A stretch of 64,000 nucleotides of DNA from a virus. The translations under genes and the position numbers were made by a program. The DNA is taken from the IMG/VR virus record IMGVR_UViG_3300036768_001133, positions 1 to 64,000 of that record; one strand, 5' to 3'. Each line of letters begins with the position of its first letter. The first letter of the stretch is position 1. This document shows positions 27,089 to 39,400 of this stretch, one piece after another. The notes beneath the pieces were generated by a model. It saw nothing but the letters and a program-made list of their open reading frames with translations, made no database searches and was not told the origin of the DNA.

Positions 27089-27559
27089 ATGATTACCAAA
27101 GAAATCTTAGAAGCCCTAAAAGAAATTAACCTGCAAAAAGATTTTAACGAAGAAGATAAGAAACTTATTACAAATCTTTTACAAAATAAAGTGTTTAATA
27201 TCTATTACGTTATCAAACACTTGGAAAAAGATATAGACGAGTACAAAAATATTATAGACAAATACAAAAGTAAAATAAACAATACTCAACACAAAATAGA
27301 TTTTCTCAAAGACTTAATGCTTCAAGCAGTTAAACAAGAAAATATCAAATATATTACTGATGAAGATGGTGTTATACTACATACTATCTCACAAAGACAA
27401 TCTTATAGTATTATCATTACTGATGAAAACAACATACCTGATAACTTCAAAAAAGTTTCTTATACTATTGACAAAAATAAATTAAAAGATTATATTGCAG
27501 AAGGTAATATCGTAGAAGGTTGTTATATTGAAACAAAAGACTATTTAACCATTCACTAA
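27089..27559 (+). CDS. Siphovirus Gp157-family protein
   Basis: Coiled coil followed by IITDENNIPDNFKK...IDKNKLKDYIAEGNIVEGC. Confidence 0.8.
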   Translation: MITKEILEALKEINLQKDFNEEDKKLITNLLQNKVFNIYYVIKHLEKDIDEYKNIIDKYKSKINNTQHKIDFLKDLMLQAVKQENIKYITDEDGVILHTISQRQSYSIIITDENNIPDNFKKVSYTIDKNKLKDYIAEGNIVEGCYIETKDYLTIH

Positions 27560-27561
27560 CT

Positions 27562-27744
27562 ATGCAACAAACACAATCTCTTAAAACTGTTCAAACACAA
27601 GATATTGAACAACTATTTGAAAAAAATAAAGAAGAAATACTTAAAAAAATTTTTGATATTAAGGATAAATATGGGCTTTCTTACAAAGAACTGACCTATG
27701 AAATCGTTAAATTCCTTTACCAAGAAATATATTTGTTTAGATGA
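27562..27744 (+). CDS. Hypothetical protein
   Basis: 60-aa coupled ORF. Confidence 0.5.
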   Translation: MQQTQSLKTVQTQDIEQLFEKNKEEILKKIFDIKDKYGLSYKELTYEIVKFLYQEIYLFR

Positions 27745-28424
27745 TTTACGTAAGCTTAGAACCTATACCAAAAGATTTTATTAAAACCAATGACAATTAT
27801 GTCCTCATCTATAATGATATAGATGAGAACTGCTTAAAATATAAAACCTTTCAAGATAAAGAAACTTTATATCAATCATATTACGAAAAAATACATCAAG
27901 GATATTGTATCATCATCCACGGACAAGATGATTTTGCTAAACTAATGACCTTTGATAGCAATAAAATACATACCGAATGTATAAATAGCATATTTATTTT
28001 GCCAAGCATCTATCAAGGTATGGAAAACTATAATCTGTCTGATATATTACGTATTACTGCCTTACAAAACGTTTTTACTAAACAATATGTAGAAAATATT
28101 ATACGCAATAATGTAATCTTTCAAACCGAAGGTATATTGCAAAACGTATCTTACGAGCTTTGCAAATCTGTTTTGTTACCTAATAAAACTATCAAAGATG
28201 TAAGATATGCAGGATTTATACTTTCATATGAACTTAAAAATATAGAAACATACGGAGAATTAAGATTTTCATCTGTCTCTGCAACTGATATAAAAGATTT
28301 AGAACTATACAATTTCTTTAACTATATGCTTGATAAATCTAATGATACTTTTATATTTGGCGATACAAATACACTTATCATTCATAAAAAAAATATAATG
28401 AATCAAGGATACTTAATACTATGA
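27741..28424 (+). CDS. Hypothetical protein
   Basis: 227-aa ORF. Confidence 0.6.
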   Translation: MIYVSLEPIPKDFIKTNDNYVLIYNDIDENCLKYKTFQDKETLYQSYYEKIHQGYCIIIHGQDDFAKLMTFDSNKIHTECINSIFILPSIYQGMENYNLSDILRITALQNVFTKQYVENIIRNNVIFQTEGILQNVSYELCKSVLLPNKTIKDVRYAGFILSYELKNIETYGELRFSSVSATDIKDLELYNFFNYMLDKSNDTFIFGDTNTLIIHKKNIMNQGYLIL

Positions 28425-28639
28425 AAAAAGACATCAATCCAAAAGCTATCTTGCAAGGAACAAAAAACTTTTTGTTCAAAGATGATAAAATAGAAGAAAA
28501 AGCAAAAGAAAGACTTGCTATCTGTCAAGTATGCGAACATAATAGCCAAAAGAAAATTGCTACTTGCAATATCTGCGGTTGCATACTTGTCCTTAAAACA
28601 AGACAAGATGAACAAAAATGCCCTATAAACAAATGGTAA
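28421..28639 (+). CDS. Small Cys-rich phage protein
   Basis: ERLAICQVCE...CNICGC...KT...CPINKW. Confidence 0.7.
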   Translation: MKKDINPKAILQGTKNFLFKDDKIEEKAKERLAICQVCEHNSQKKIATCNICGCILVLKTRQDEQKCPINKW

Positions 28640-29127
28640 CACAATTGCCTAAGATTCTGCAAACTCAATATATCATCAATGAATATAATAGTTTGTATAA
28701 TACTATATCCCAAAAACTATTAGATAAGTTTGGGATAACTATTAGTATCTACGAACTGCAAAGTATCTATAATACCTACATTACTAAACAATTGCAAGAT
28801 GAAAAACAAAAAGATATTTGCGATTTTTTAATGAAAGGCTTTGATGTACAATACTTGTTTTCAGTTTATAGTTTTGATATAAAATATTTACTTGACTTGC
28901 ATAAAACAATTAAATATCTTGAAAATAAAAATATCTCTATTCATACTTTACTTATAGCACAAGACTATTTTGTAGAATATTTAAAGACATCATATACACA
29001 TACCTATCATTTAGAAGAACTACCTGACTATCTATACAATGCTATTGATTGGAAAGTAGTTGCTGAATACCTAAAAAAAGATTATCACAAAATAGAAATC
29101 TTTAACCAATCCTACTATTACAAATGA
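28618..29127 (+). CDS. Protein with ArdA-like (antirestriction) C-terminal domain
   Basis: EELPDYLYNAIDWKVVAEYLKKDY...YYY resembles the ArdA IPxxLxxYIDYExxAxxL motif. Confidence 0.5.
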   Translation: MPYKQMVTQLPKILQTQYIINEYNSLYNTISQKLLDKFGITISIYELQSIYNTYITKQLQDEKQKDICDFLMKGFDVQYLFSVYSFDIKYLLDLHKTIKYLENKNISIHTLLIAQDYFVEYLKTSYTHTYHLEELPDYLYNAIDWKVVAEYLKKDYHKIEIFNQSYYYK

Positions 29128-29441
29128 AACAAACAATTGGATTAGACATCTACTTTGAAGTAGTAGAAGAATATTCAAAAGGAGATTATTATACACCTGA
29201 ATACTATTGCTGGGGTTATGATAACCTCGTTATCTTACTCAATGATAATGATGTTACTAAACTATTTGAAGACCATAAAAACGTGCAAACAGCAATATAT
29301 AGATACGCAGATAAATACTACCATAAAGACAAGGTAGAAACAAGTGTAGTAATAGATATAGATGTAGAAATAAATAATGATAGGATATTTTACAAAAATG
29401 TAGATATTACAGACTATCTTATAGATTGCTTCATTGAGTAA
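29124..29441 (+). CDS. Hypothetical protein, last early gene
   Basis: 105 aa; GDYYTPEY motif. Confidence 0.6.
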   Translation: MKQTIGLDIYFEVVEEYSKGDYYTPEYYCWGYDNLVILLNDNDVTKLFEDHKNVQTAIYRYADKYYHKDKVETSVVIDIDVEINNDRIFYKNVDITDYLIDCFIE

Positions 29442-29465
29442 CTTATAGATTGCTTCATTGAGTAA
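29418..29465. repeat. Exact 24-bp tandem duplication CTTATAGATTGCTTCATTGAGTAA x2
   Basis: Directly visible. Confidence 0.95.
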
Positions 29466-29495
29466 AGGGTAACCCCCTTTACTCAATTTTTTTTT
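29457..29495. terminator. Terminator at the convergence of early and late blocks
   Basis: 13-bp perfect stem ATTGAGTAAAGGG-taacc-CCCTTTACTCAAT followed by a T run on the plus strand. Confidence 0.8.
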
Positions 29496-29787
29496 CTTCA
29501 TCACAACAAGACCCTTTGCTACTTTTAATATACTTAGATAGCTCTTCTATGTTTTCCTTACTTATCTCAATTAACTCTATCCCTTCTTTATCCTTTAACA
29601 ATTGAAATAAATAATATGTATAACCATTAAAATCCCAAGAACCCTTTTGTTTAATATATTCTATTACCTTTAAATCGTCTCTGTAAAAGTCATTCCAAAA
29701 CCAATCTCTTAATCCTTTCTCTCCTACTACTAAATAACCTTTACCTATTTCATTAAAATACAAATAAATGTGTTCTCTTCCTTCCAT
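29479..29787 (-). CDS. Hypothetical protein
   Basis: 102-aa ORF. Confidence 0.6.
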   Translation of the reverse strand: MEGREHIYLYFNEIGKGYLVVGEKGLRDWFWNDFYRDDLKVIEYIKQKGSWDFNGYTYYLFQLLKDKEGIELIEISKENIEELSKYIKSSKGSCCDEEKKIE

Positions 29788-29799
29788 ATAAATATTTTA

Positions 29800-30351
29800 T
29801 TAACATGGAGAACAAAAAGTATAACTATAATTTTGAAATGTTAAATTCACTAAATAATATACTTCATTGATGCCTGTTACAAAAATATAAGGCAATGATG
29901 TCACTGGTATAACATATGTATTAACAGGTGATAATGTGTTATCGTATGTATAAATTGTTACAGTGCTTATCTCTACATTATTTACATCTGTACAATATCT
30001 ATCTGCTGTAATGCAACAAACCCAATTAGATCCGTCCCAATATAGCATAGTACAAAACCCAGATAAATACGTATTTACTAATGAACTATAAATATATGTT
30101 GGAACTATATCTACTGTTATTGTATTAGAAACTCCTGTATTTAATCCTGTATTTCCCCAGGTAGGCATTGCATAATTATTACTTGAAAACACGCCTGTAA
30201 AACTACCATTGCTATTGCTAACATCTACATTTATACTAAAATAATCAGAAGCATAAGGCGAGTAAAATGTAGTAGAAAACCCAAATCGTATTTCATCAGA
30301 TAAAGGCGGAGGAACAATACCCTTTTTCTTATGATACTGAATAAATTTCAT
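29800..30351 (-). CDS. Putative structural beta-rich protein
   Basis: T/S/V/Y-rich, in the late operon. Confidence 0.5.
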   Translation of the reverse strand: MKFIQYHKKKGIVPPPLSDEIRFGFSTTFYSPYASDYFSINVDVSNSNGSFTGVFSSNNYAMPTWGNTGLNTGVSNTITVDIVPTYIYSSLVNTYLSGFCTMLYWDGSNWVCCITADRYCTDVNNVEISTVTIYTYDNTLSPVNTYVIPVTSLPYIFVTGINEVYYLVNLTFQNYSYTFCSPC

Positions 30352-30364
30352 AATACGTAATAAA

Positions 30365-31270
30365 TTATACTCTTAATAAGCTAAACAAAGCTACACCTTC
30401 CGTACCATACGATATACTAAACTGAAAAGCAAAAGGCGTATTAGCAAGTATAACAAATGGCAAAGAGGTAAGTAAGTTTATATTTGGGTCTACATACAAA
30501 AGATTTGGATGAACATCAAAAGGCATAACTACATAAAACGTTTCAGGATTTTGTGTAACGTGAAATGTAACATAATAAGGTAAGTTTTGCCAACTATATT
30601 GAAACTGACCGCTACCTGTTTTTACTAATACATCATTTACATTTCCACTTGGAAATAAAAACTGCCAACTATAATCCGTAGGTGATAAGCTATTTCTAAC
30701 TAATACCTGTTCTGCTAAACCGCTTGGTAATGGATACTGCCAACTATAATCATTGTTTAAATTGCTATTTTTAGTTAATACTTGACCTGTTAATCCCCCA
30801 GGTATGTCAGTTGTAGTTAACGAATTAACAAGTTCATTTTCTAACCAAGCAATAAAATCAGGGTGCAATTCTACAATAAATACATTTCGCTTATTGTAAT
30901 TTATATCTTCTGATACATTACTTGCTATTCTTACATTTACTATCTCACCATTGTAGGTCGTAATATTCCCAATAATACTTTGCAATACGTCCTTTACTTC
31001 TGGCAATTGATAAGGCATTATTGCCTTTGTCTTTGTTGTTAAATCTGTCTCATCATAATTCTTTGCCTCTGCATCTGTACTCCTATGCACTAATCCCTGC
31101 ATATCTATTTTTGCCCTATCATTTTCTTCCAAAAAGAAAGGAACACTTTCAAATAAGTTTCTGTATGTTTCTTCCGTAGGTTGGTCATACTTCAAAAACC
31201 TCTCACCAGGGTTTGTAAGCGTAGCCGTTACCTGAAAAAACCAATTTCTTAATCGCTTTAATATAGGCAT
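30365..31270 (-). CDS. Putative tail fibre protein
   Basis: Three about 26-aa GxxxQVLxKxSxxxxDYSWQxxLP repeats; N-terminal FxxxDxPTExxYxxLxES. Confidence 0.6.
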   Translation of the reverse strand: MPILKRLRNWFFQVTATLTNPGERFLKYDQPTEETYRNLFESVPFFLEENDRAKIDMQGLVHRSTDAEAKNYDETDLTTKTKAIMPYQLPEVKDVLQSIIGNITTYNGEIVNVRIASNVSEDINYNKRNVFIVELHPDFIAWLENELVNSLTTTDIPGGLTGQVLTKNSNLNNDYSWQYPLPSGLAEQVLVRNSLSPTDYSWQFLFPSGNVNDVLVKTGSGQFQYSWQNLPYYVTFHVTQNPETFYVVMPFDVHPNLLYVDPNINLLTSLPFVILANTPFAFQFSISYGTEGVALFSLLRV

Positions 31271-31281
31271 ATACTTATCAT

Positions 31282-31587
31282 TTAATAAGAAATCAAATCT
31301 ATTTCTATAATATCTATATTTACCCCTTTCAGTTTCTTTAACCTATCCCTTAACTTTTCTAAATCAAAATTACAATCTTCTAAACAAGCTATTAACTCAT
31401 CTGCTTCTAAATTTGGATACCTGCTTATCAAATAGTCTTCATAAAACACTATTTTTGTTAAATCATACAAAACCTTTAACGCACTCTTTTTATTACCTGT
31501 TATAGAATACTTATAGTATAAGTCTAATAGTTTAGACCTTAATTTGATGAAAAATGTACGAACATACAATAATAAATCCTTACTCAT
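31282..31587 (-). CDS. Hypothetical structural-region protein
   Basis: 101-aa ORF. Confidence 0.55.
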   Translation of the reverse strand: MSKDLLLYVRTFFIKLRSKLLDLYYKYSITGNKKSALKVLYDLTKIVFYEDYLISRYPNLEADELIACLEDCNFDLEKLRDRLKKLKGVNIDIIEIDLISY

Positions 31588-31867
31588 TTACTATTACCTT
31601 TATACAATCTATATCTCCATTGTTTATGAAATATACATAATATAACTCACTACATTCTGCAAAATTACAATTCATATGCTCTTCATAAGAAACATTGAAC
31701 CCTTTGTTATTTAGAGCTTGAACCATAGAACCTCCTATAAAGTAATAATCATAAGCTAAATGTTTAGCATCTTCTATGTCAAAAACAGATAACTCAAAAT
31801 CACAATCTACAAAAGATTGCAAAGGAATATAAGTAACTAATGCTTTTTTATTTCTAATTGCTGCCAT
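31580..31867 (-). CDS. Hypothetical structural-region protein
   Basis: 95-aa ORF. Confidence 0.55.
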   Translation of the reverse strand: MAAIRNKKALVTYIPLQSFVDCDFELSVFDIEDAKHLAYDYYFIGGSMVQALNNKGFNVSYEEHMNCNFAECSELYYVYFINNGDIDCIKVIVNE

Positions 31868-31868
31868 A

Positions 31869-33416
31869 TTATTTACAACATTTCTTGTCTGCTTCGTTAA
31901 TTACTGATGTACAAGCCTCGCAAATCTCTCTTAAACGCTTTATCACTTTATCTATCTCTACAAATCGTAAATTCTCTATATTAGATAAACTTGTATCTAT
32001 TATATGAATAGGGTGCTGTAAAGTGTAAAACTCTAATAATAACTTGTACAACGTATAAAAAGCACTTACCATATAATAAAAACGCTCATTTTCTACTACA
32101 TCTAACTTATCACTGCAATACAACTTTTCTGATAAAGCTAAATAACATTCTTTAATCTTACAGAAATGTACTACTATAAATCGCTTCTCCTCAAATCCAT
32201 TATTTACTACAATCTCATATATGCCGTCTTCTATATCTAATAATATACCATCTTCTTCCAATGATATACTATTGCTTAATTGATAATGTGAATATGAAGG
32301 GTTATATGTATAGCTATCTACATTATTAACAACAGATATAGTAACTATATCCTCATCTTTAATATAATCACGTATTACTATATCATAAGTATCATTACAT
32401 AAAACCAAATTATATTTCTTACATTCTTCTGTTACAAATAACTCTATATCATCAAGTACCCAAAACTCTTTAATTACTTCATATTCCCCACATATTGTTT
32501 CTATTACTGCTCTTAATTTATACTTACCTAATTCATCAAAAGTATAAGTAAATGTCAAAGCTGATAAAAAAGCACTTAATTGAGCAGGGGTAAAATTAAG
32601 TGGTAAGCTAATAGTGTTTGTGTATAATACCTGATTATCAAAATCAATAAGCTCTAATGTAATTGTAACAGGTGGTAAGAATGGTATTAAGACATAACTA
32701 TTTGTCAATTGGTCATATATCCATAAATCTTCACGAACACATACATTTACTAAACTAAAATCTATTGGATTATCTACTACAATATACCATAATTCTTGAT
32801 TAAAAAACTTGCTATCTTGAAAATCTATAAATGGATATATTTTAGTGTAACACAAGTCGTGGTCAAATGTCCATTCAGGCTGACATAAACATTCATTGCA
32901 AGGTATCTCTATTGTCCTAATATCACTACAAGGGGGATATACCACAGGCGAACAACAACACGAGGGTATCTCTTCACTTGCTATTGTAAATTCACCACAA
33001 GCTAAATATTCAGGAATAGGGATTACACTCCCTTGCCCTATTAAAGTCGTTCCCTTATATACATTTAATTTAGTAGGACTTGAACTTGTTTTGTATAATT
33101 GCTTATGATTATTACAAGGATTGTCTATAATTAAAAAACTTGCATTACAACAATTATTAACAAACTCATCTTTACATTCCAAAGGTATTAGTGTTATCTG
33201 AAAATTTAAATCTATGCTGTAATGCTGAAATACATTTGTGTAACTATGATACCCTAATACTTCTATATGAACAACAAAACTTTCATTGTCAGGCAAAGAA
33301 AATACTCCTATATTACTCCCTGAAAAACTATAATTTGTACTTGCTGTTATGTCAAATACATTTGTTAAAAGTGGGTTTGATAGTTCATCTACTACGGATA
33401 TAGCTATGTTTGCCAT
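31869..33416 (-). CDS. Cys-rich, Ig/PKD-like putative virion protein
   Basis: Beta-sandwich patterns (YTFDELGKYKL, DGIYEI), many Cys, helical Cys-rich C-terminus. Confidence 0.55.
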   Translation of the reverse strand: MANIAISVVDELSNPLLTNVFDITASTNYSFSGSNIGVFSLPDNESFVVHIEVLGYHSYTNVFQHYSIDLNFQITLIPLECKDEFVNNCCNASFLIIDNPCNNHKQLYKTSSSPTKLNVYKGTTLIGQGSVIPIPEYLACGEFTIASEEIPSCCCSPVVYPPCSDIRTIEIPCNECLCQPEWTFDHDLCYTKIYPFIDFQDSKFFNQELWYIVVDNPIDFSLVNVCVREDLWIYDQLTNSYVLIPFLPPVTITLELIDFDNQVLYTNTISLPLNFTPAQLSAFLSALTFTYTFDELGKYKLRAVIETICGEYEVIKEFWVLDDIELFVTEECKKYNLVLCNDTYDIVIRDYIKDEDIVTISVVNNVDSYTYNPSYSHYQLSNSISLEEDGILLDIEDGIYEIVVNNGFEEKRFIVVHFCKIKECYLALSEKLYCSDKLDVVENERFYYMVSAFYTLYKLLLEFYTLQHPIHIIDTSLSNIENLRFVEIDKVIKRLREICEACTSVINEADKKCCK

Positions 33417-33440
33417 AAATGAAAGCTTTATCTATCACAA

Positions 33441-33448
33441 CAAATATA
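33441..33448 (-). promoter_or_regulatory. Bacteroidota sigma-A -7 element (TATATTTG)
   Basis: TAnnTTTG about 25 bp upstream of the start at 33416. Confidence 0.55.
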
Positions 33449-33478
33449 CATCTTTTTGCACAATATCCAAAAATATTT

Positions 33479-36400
33479 TTATTCTATCTCTAACCATTCA
33501 TCTATATCGTCCTTTAATCTTTGCTCATCTTCCTGTAATCCTTTTCTTATCTCTTTATTTAAGTTATGATACCCTTCTCCATTAAAGGCTTTGTAAAACT
33601 CCTCTACACTATTTAATACCCCTACACTATTCATTGTCTTTCTAAACCCTTTATCAAAATCTAATGTTAGCCAATACCAAGTTGCTTCTGCTAAATTGCC
33701 TACCCCCTTTACACTAACAAGACCATTCAAGTTAAATATACCCGTGGGCGATAATACTCCAAATATGTTCATATCAGAATAAATGTTTCGTAAGATATTA
33801 AATAAAAATCTTCTACGCTCTACATAATCTCTATCCCTTTCTTTTTCTTCATCATCAAGCATCATAAAAGCTAAAAACATAGACATTGTATAAATGATAT
33901 TACTTACTGCCCAACGTAACGAACTCATCTGCTCTTCTGAAAATTGCTCCTTTAATATTCTTGTATTTCTTGTTTTTAACACAATAATTAAACTTCTTAA
34001 CAAAGTACGTATAATACTTTCTTCATAAGGCATTAACTCTACTACTTCTCGCTTACCTTTGTCATTAACAACTTCTAACCTTTTATAGTTAAAGTTTCTA
34101 CCTTTGGGTTTAAGCACATTGTTAATAAAAGGCATATTGAATAGCTTAAACTTTAATAAAGCTCTACCAAAAGGAATACTGCTTAAATATACTTGGCTAC
34201 CTTCTGTTAACCCTGCACCTACTCTATTTAAGATTAGTTCTATTCTTCTTATTTGGTTAGCATCATAAGCATCATTCAAATCCCCTTTACCTTGCAAACC
34301 TTGTTTTATTCTATTTTCTAATATGTATTCTTTTAGTTCGTTTGCTCTTTTGTCTTTTCTTTTATCATATACTAACTCTTTCATACCATTTACTTCTTGT
34401 AAGCTATATGCTTCCCAAGTTCCTTCTTTTATCATCTGTGCAGTAAGCACTAATAACTTGATATACATATCGCTCATTTTATCTCCCATAAAGAACATAT
34501 CCATACCTGCTCTTGTGTTAAACATATCTCTTTGTGTTGTTCCTATGCGTTTAGATACTACCCAACGAAGCTGGTCTTCATTTACAAATTGAAATTTCTC
34601 TGCAAGAAAGAAAGCCTTTTCCATATTAAATGGTAATATCTTAACTGCCTTTGCAAGCTCCTTTGTTCCAAATACATCTTTCCTGCCTGCAAAGGTACTT
34701 GCAATTATCTTGTTAATACTTACAATAAAGGCTTTTGTGTTGCTGGATATATTTAAAGCTAAAGCCGCAAGCGTAGACACACTTTCAGCTATTAAACCTG
34801 TCTTTTCAATAGACCTCGTTAAAGCATCCTTAGCAAACTTAATACGCTCATTAAATAATACTTTTTGTGCAAAACTATCTATCAGCTCTATAATATTACT
34901 TTGCTCTCTACCTGTTTCTATTTGTCTTAACTTTGACATTATACGAGCTATGTTCCAAGCTGTCTTGGTATCTTGCAATATCCCATATCGTTCTGTATTG
35001 ATGTAGAAAAAGTTTAAAATGCTTCTCAAATCTGTACTTAACTTTTTGTTTAAGTTAATATCTAATTGTCCATTTGCTTTGCCTATAATGCCATCTCTTA
35101 CAGCTGTACTACCTAAACTATTTACCATTGAATATAACATTAAAGGCAAATCTGAATAGTCTTTGGCTTTTGAAGTCCGTTGATTGCCTGATAGTATATT
35201 TTCAAAGTTTTGCAATGAACTTTCTGCACTTTCAGAAAGTAAAGAAAAATCATCTACCTTAAACATAGGTGGTACTAAATATTTAGCAATATGCTCTATC
35301 TCTTTATACTTTAATACCCCTTCTTCACTACCAAACCTATGCTTAAAAGCCTGTAAATACAACTCGCTCAATAAATCACTATAACGCTCTATAAATTTTC
35401 TTTCAGCATTATTTAATTGCTTCCATTCAGGGTCAATAGGTTTGATAAGTTCAAAAGTATTAAACTTTTCTACTTTACCATTAACAACTACATCTTGATA
35501 CTTAAACAAATGTTCATAAAACTTGCCTTCATTATTTGTAAAAGCTATACCTTGTATTTTACTTTTATATTCAGCAAATACATTATCTACTCTTCTTACA
35601 TATTCATCAAATTTCTTTTTAAGTAATAGCTTTGCATTGTTATATTTTTCATACAAGAAATTAAAATAAGGGTTTTTGTTTTCTATGTCAGTAGTAATAT
35701 AAGAACTAATTTTAGCTAAATCATCTAAACTATTGTAAGCATCTTTGTTATTAGTAACCAAAGAAAAGTATGTTTTCACTAAATAGTAAAACTCTAAATA
35801 TAGATTGTCAGAATAAACATTTTTGTAGTTTATTTCTTCTTGTATGTTAGGATACCTTTTAAGAATTTGTTTTATCCTGCTTTCAATAGCATACAAAAGC
35901 GTTTGTGTATCTTTGCCTAATAAATAGTCTTCTATAAAAGTTGGGAAATCTTTGGTGTCAATAGAACTAACATTGGTATAATACCCTTCTAAAAACGATA
36001 GATAGTCAGGCATTAAACGACTGCTATCATCTATTTTATAGCTATCTTTCAATATACGTTCTAAATGCAAACTATTAAGTACAAACTTATTTTGAAAATT
36101 ACTTTGTAACAACAATCTTAATCTTTCGTTGTATTCATTAGGAAATACTTTTCTAATCATAAAAGAACTATCACTTTCGCTCAAACTCTTTACTAATCCT
36201 AAATCTCCTATTTGAGCATTAGCATTTTTAGCAAGTAGTATTTTAGCAAGTATAATAGTTTGATAAGATAAAGTATCTTCCAAAGTATAGTTTTCTCCTT
36301 CCAATCCATAAGCAAATTTCTCTATCATTTTAGAAAACTTATTTATGAAACCTGTACTTTGGTGGTATCTATCTTTCCAATTATATCCCTTGTTTGCTAT

Positions 36401-39400
36401 GTTAATAAGTCTATAACTTGTTTTTCCATTAGGCAAAGCACGTTCTAATACAATAATGTTTGTATGGTCGTCTAATAAATCATATTGATTAGCCAGTTGT
36501 GCTATTTCATTACTGCTTGATTTATTTACAAGATATATCTTATCTTCTTTTTTATAGTCAGGAAATAACTTTAAGTATTTTAATTGTTGTTTAGCTAATA
36601 CATAATCGCTAAAATTTACATCACTATCACTAACGTCTTGTCTTTTTTCTTCATAAGATTTTATGATTTTATTAAGTTCAGATGCTTTTTGTATAGGATT
36701 GCCTATCCCTTTGTAAAAGTTAATAACTTCATTTAATTCTTGTTTTTGCAGTTCATAGAAAAACTTTTTAGCATATTCTTCATTATTCATTTTAATAGTT
36801 TGCTTAAAATCTTCCCAAGACATATCTACCTTACCTTTTGATGTAGTAATAGATACTATCTTATCATTTGTATCAAAAGGTCTTCCTAATAGGTTAATAT
36901 ATGCTTGCCTATTATTAAAGCTATCTATGTAATATTCTCTATGCTCTTGGGCGTATTCAGATAGGTAACTCATTGTTACTTCATTAGTAGAATATCCCAA
37001 AGCATTAAAAATATTAGTAAAATTTGATGAACCTAATTTATAGTATATTGTATTAGATAAATTAGACCTTATATCATCAGTAATTTGAACATTGCCATAT
37101 AATACATTACTTGCATAATCATTTAATATATGGTATATTTTTTTCTTTTCTATATCTGTTATTCCGAATAGCTTATCATTTATGTATCTGTTTAACTTGT
37201 CTATTATATTTCTTATTAAAGACATAATAGCACCAAAGAAATTTCCTGTTTTATATTGTATTTCTGCATACCTCTTTGTATTGTATAACCCAATTAACTC
37301 TGTAATAGCCTCATCAACAAAATCACTTTCCTTATCATATACTTCATTATACCTACGTAATACCTCTTTGTAAAGTTCTGTATTACGTATTAAGTTAGAC
37401 AACTCTTCATATACATCAGGAAAATTCTTCTTTAATAGAGCTACTTGATAATGACCTATTTCGTGAAAGCCTGTATCTAAATCTATATTAGCTATGTTAA
37501 AATAAACTACATTGTTTTCTATTTTTCCTTTCCAAGTAGCACTTGCATTGTTTTCTATCTTTACTTCTACGCCTGCTTTCTTTAATGTATCTGTCGCAAA
37601 TTCTAAAAAGCTATGTTTTAAGTTGCTTAATAATAACTCATCATTTGACTCTCTTGTAAATACGGGAAAAAACTCTCTGCCATCTAATTGATATAACTCT
37701 TCTGTTTCTTGGTTTTGAAGTTTTGTTGTTTCTTCTATTACTTCTGTCGAAGTAACTACTTCACTGCTTGCTATATCTCTTACATTTGCAAAAGCTAAAT
37801 AAGACATAGCATAAGTATTAAAATGTGATAGCAGTGATATAGGAATACGGCTTCTAACAACAATGTTTCCAATGCTTGTCTCAACAGGATAAAGCCTTGA
37901 TTTTAGTTTGCCAAAAGAACTTGATACCTCTTCATAAATAACCATTCTCTCTTTATCTGCTTGCCTTGCCTCTTTATCTCTGCCTTTTATTAAATCATAT
38001 ACCGACTTTGAAGTATAAACCATATGATTTCTTACTCTTTGACCTGTATGTGTCAAAGATATGTCTTTGTCTGATTTTACAAGAATATCCTCAAATACGG
38101 CTTTACCATCTATTATTCCTCCAAAAAACTTTACTTTGTCCTTTTCACTTGCTACCTCTTTGGCATAATCTTGATATTTCTTTTGCACTAATGAAGGCAA
38201 AAAACCACGTATGCTCCTATAGCTATTTGCTTTATGCGTTAATACACTATACAAATCAAACATAGAAAGAAGACCCGAAGGCATACGTGAAAATATATCT
38301 TGCGAAAAGATTATCTCATCTTCGGATAAAGATGTGATTGCTTTTCTGCGTTCTATCATCATACTACCAAAAGTGTCTCTTTCTATACGAAACACTGACC
38401 ATAAAGGTTTATAGTCCTCCTGCTTTTTGAAAACAGCTTCTAAAAAGGACGCAAGCATTTGCGTATAAGCATACCTGCCTTCAAAACTTAATATATTGCC
38501 TTTATTCTTTGCATAATTGCCTATCTCATCTAACAATTCCGATAAAGTATATTTTACTTTGTAATATACCCCATTCACATTTGTCCCATCAGGAACAATA
38601 ATCTCTACTATATCTCTATTACCCTCCTTTCTGTTATTTCTATCTACTTGGGTTGAATACTTATTTACATATACCTCTTGATTAGATAAATTATTACTAT
38701 CTAAAAATGCTTTCAAATCACTTACATATATACTATCCAAATTGTCTATAACATATCCTAATGATAAACTATCATAATATATGTTCTTAAAAGAATTAAA
38801 TAAAGTAAAAAAAGATTTTGCAGATTTTATTTCTTTGTTGTATATTCTTTCTAAAAACCGAAAACTATCTTCTCTGTAATAAGGATATATTTCTGCTAAA
38901 TCCTTAATTAGCAATGAAGCGTTTTCTAAAACTTGTACTTTACCAAATTCAGATTTTAAAAAATAGCTTGATGAATTTTCTATAAAATTAACTTCATTAT
39001 TACTTTTACTTACTTTATCATAACTTTCACTAACAATTTGTTGTATAGTATCTCCATAAAAAGTATTTTTTACACTAATACTATTTTGAAAAGCTAATAA
39101 TCCTCCAACAATCTTATCTAAATAATCTTCAAAGTTATTTTTGTATCTATTGATATTTGTTATCTTTTGTAATTTCAAAGATTGTTGCGCTATATCTAAT
39201 AAAGTTTTAATAAACTCCTTTTGATTTATTAATTCTTTCTTTTTATTTTCATCAGTTTCTAATTCTTCTTTACTCTTAAAAAATCTATCTACTACTCTTT
39301 CCATCTTTATAGGCATAATCCCTTTCATGGAAGCTATGTTAATAGCATCAGATAGCTCCCTTAATATCGTATTATTAGGTCTTTTAGTTTCTTCATCATA

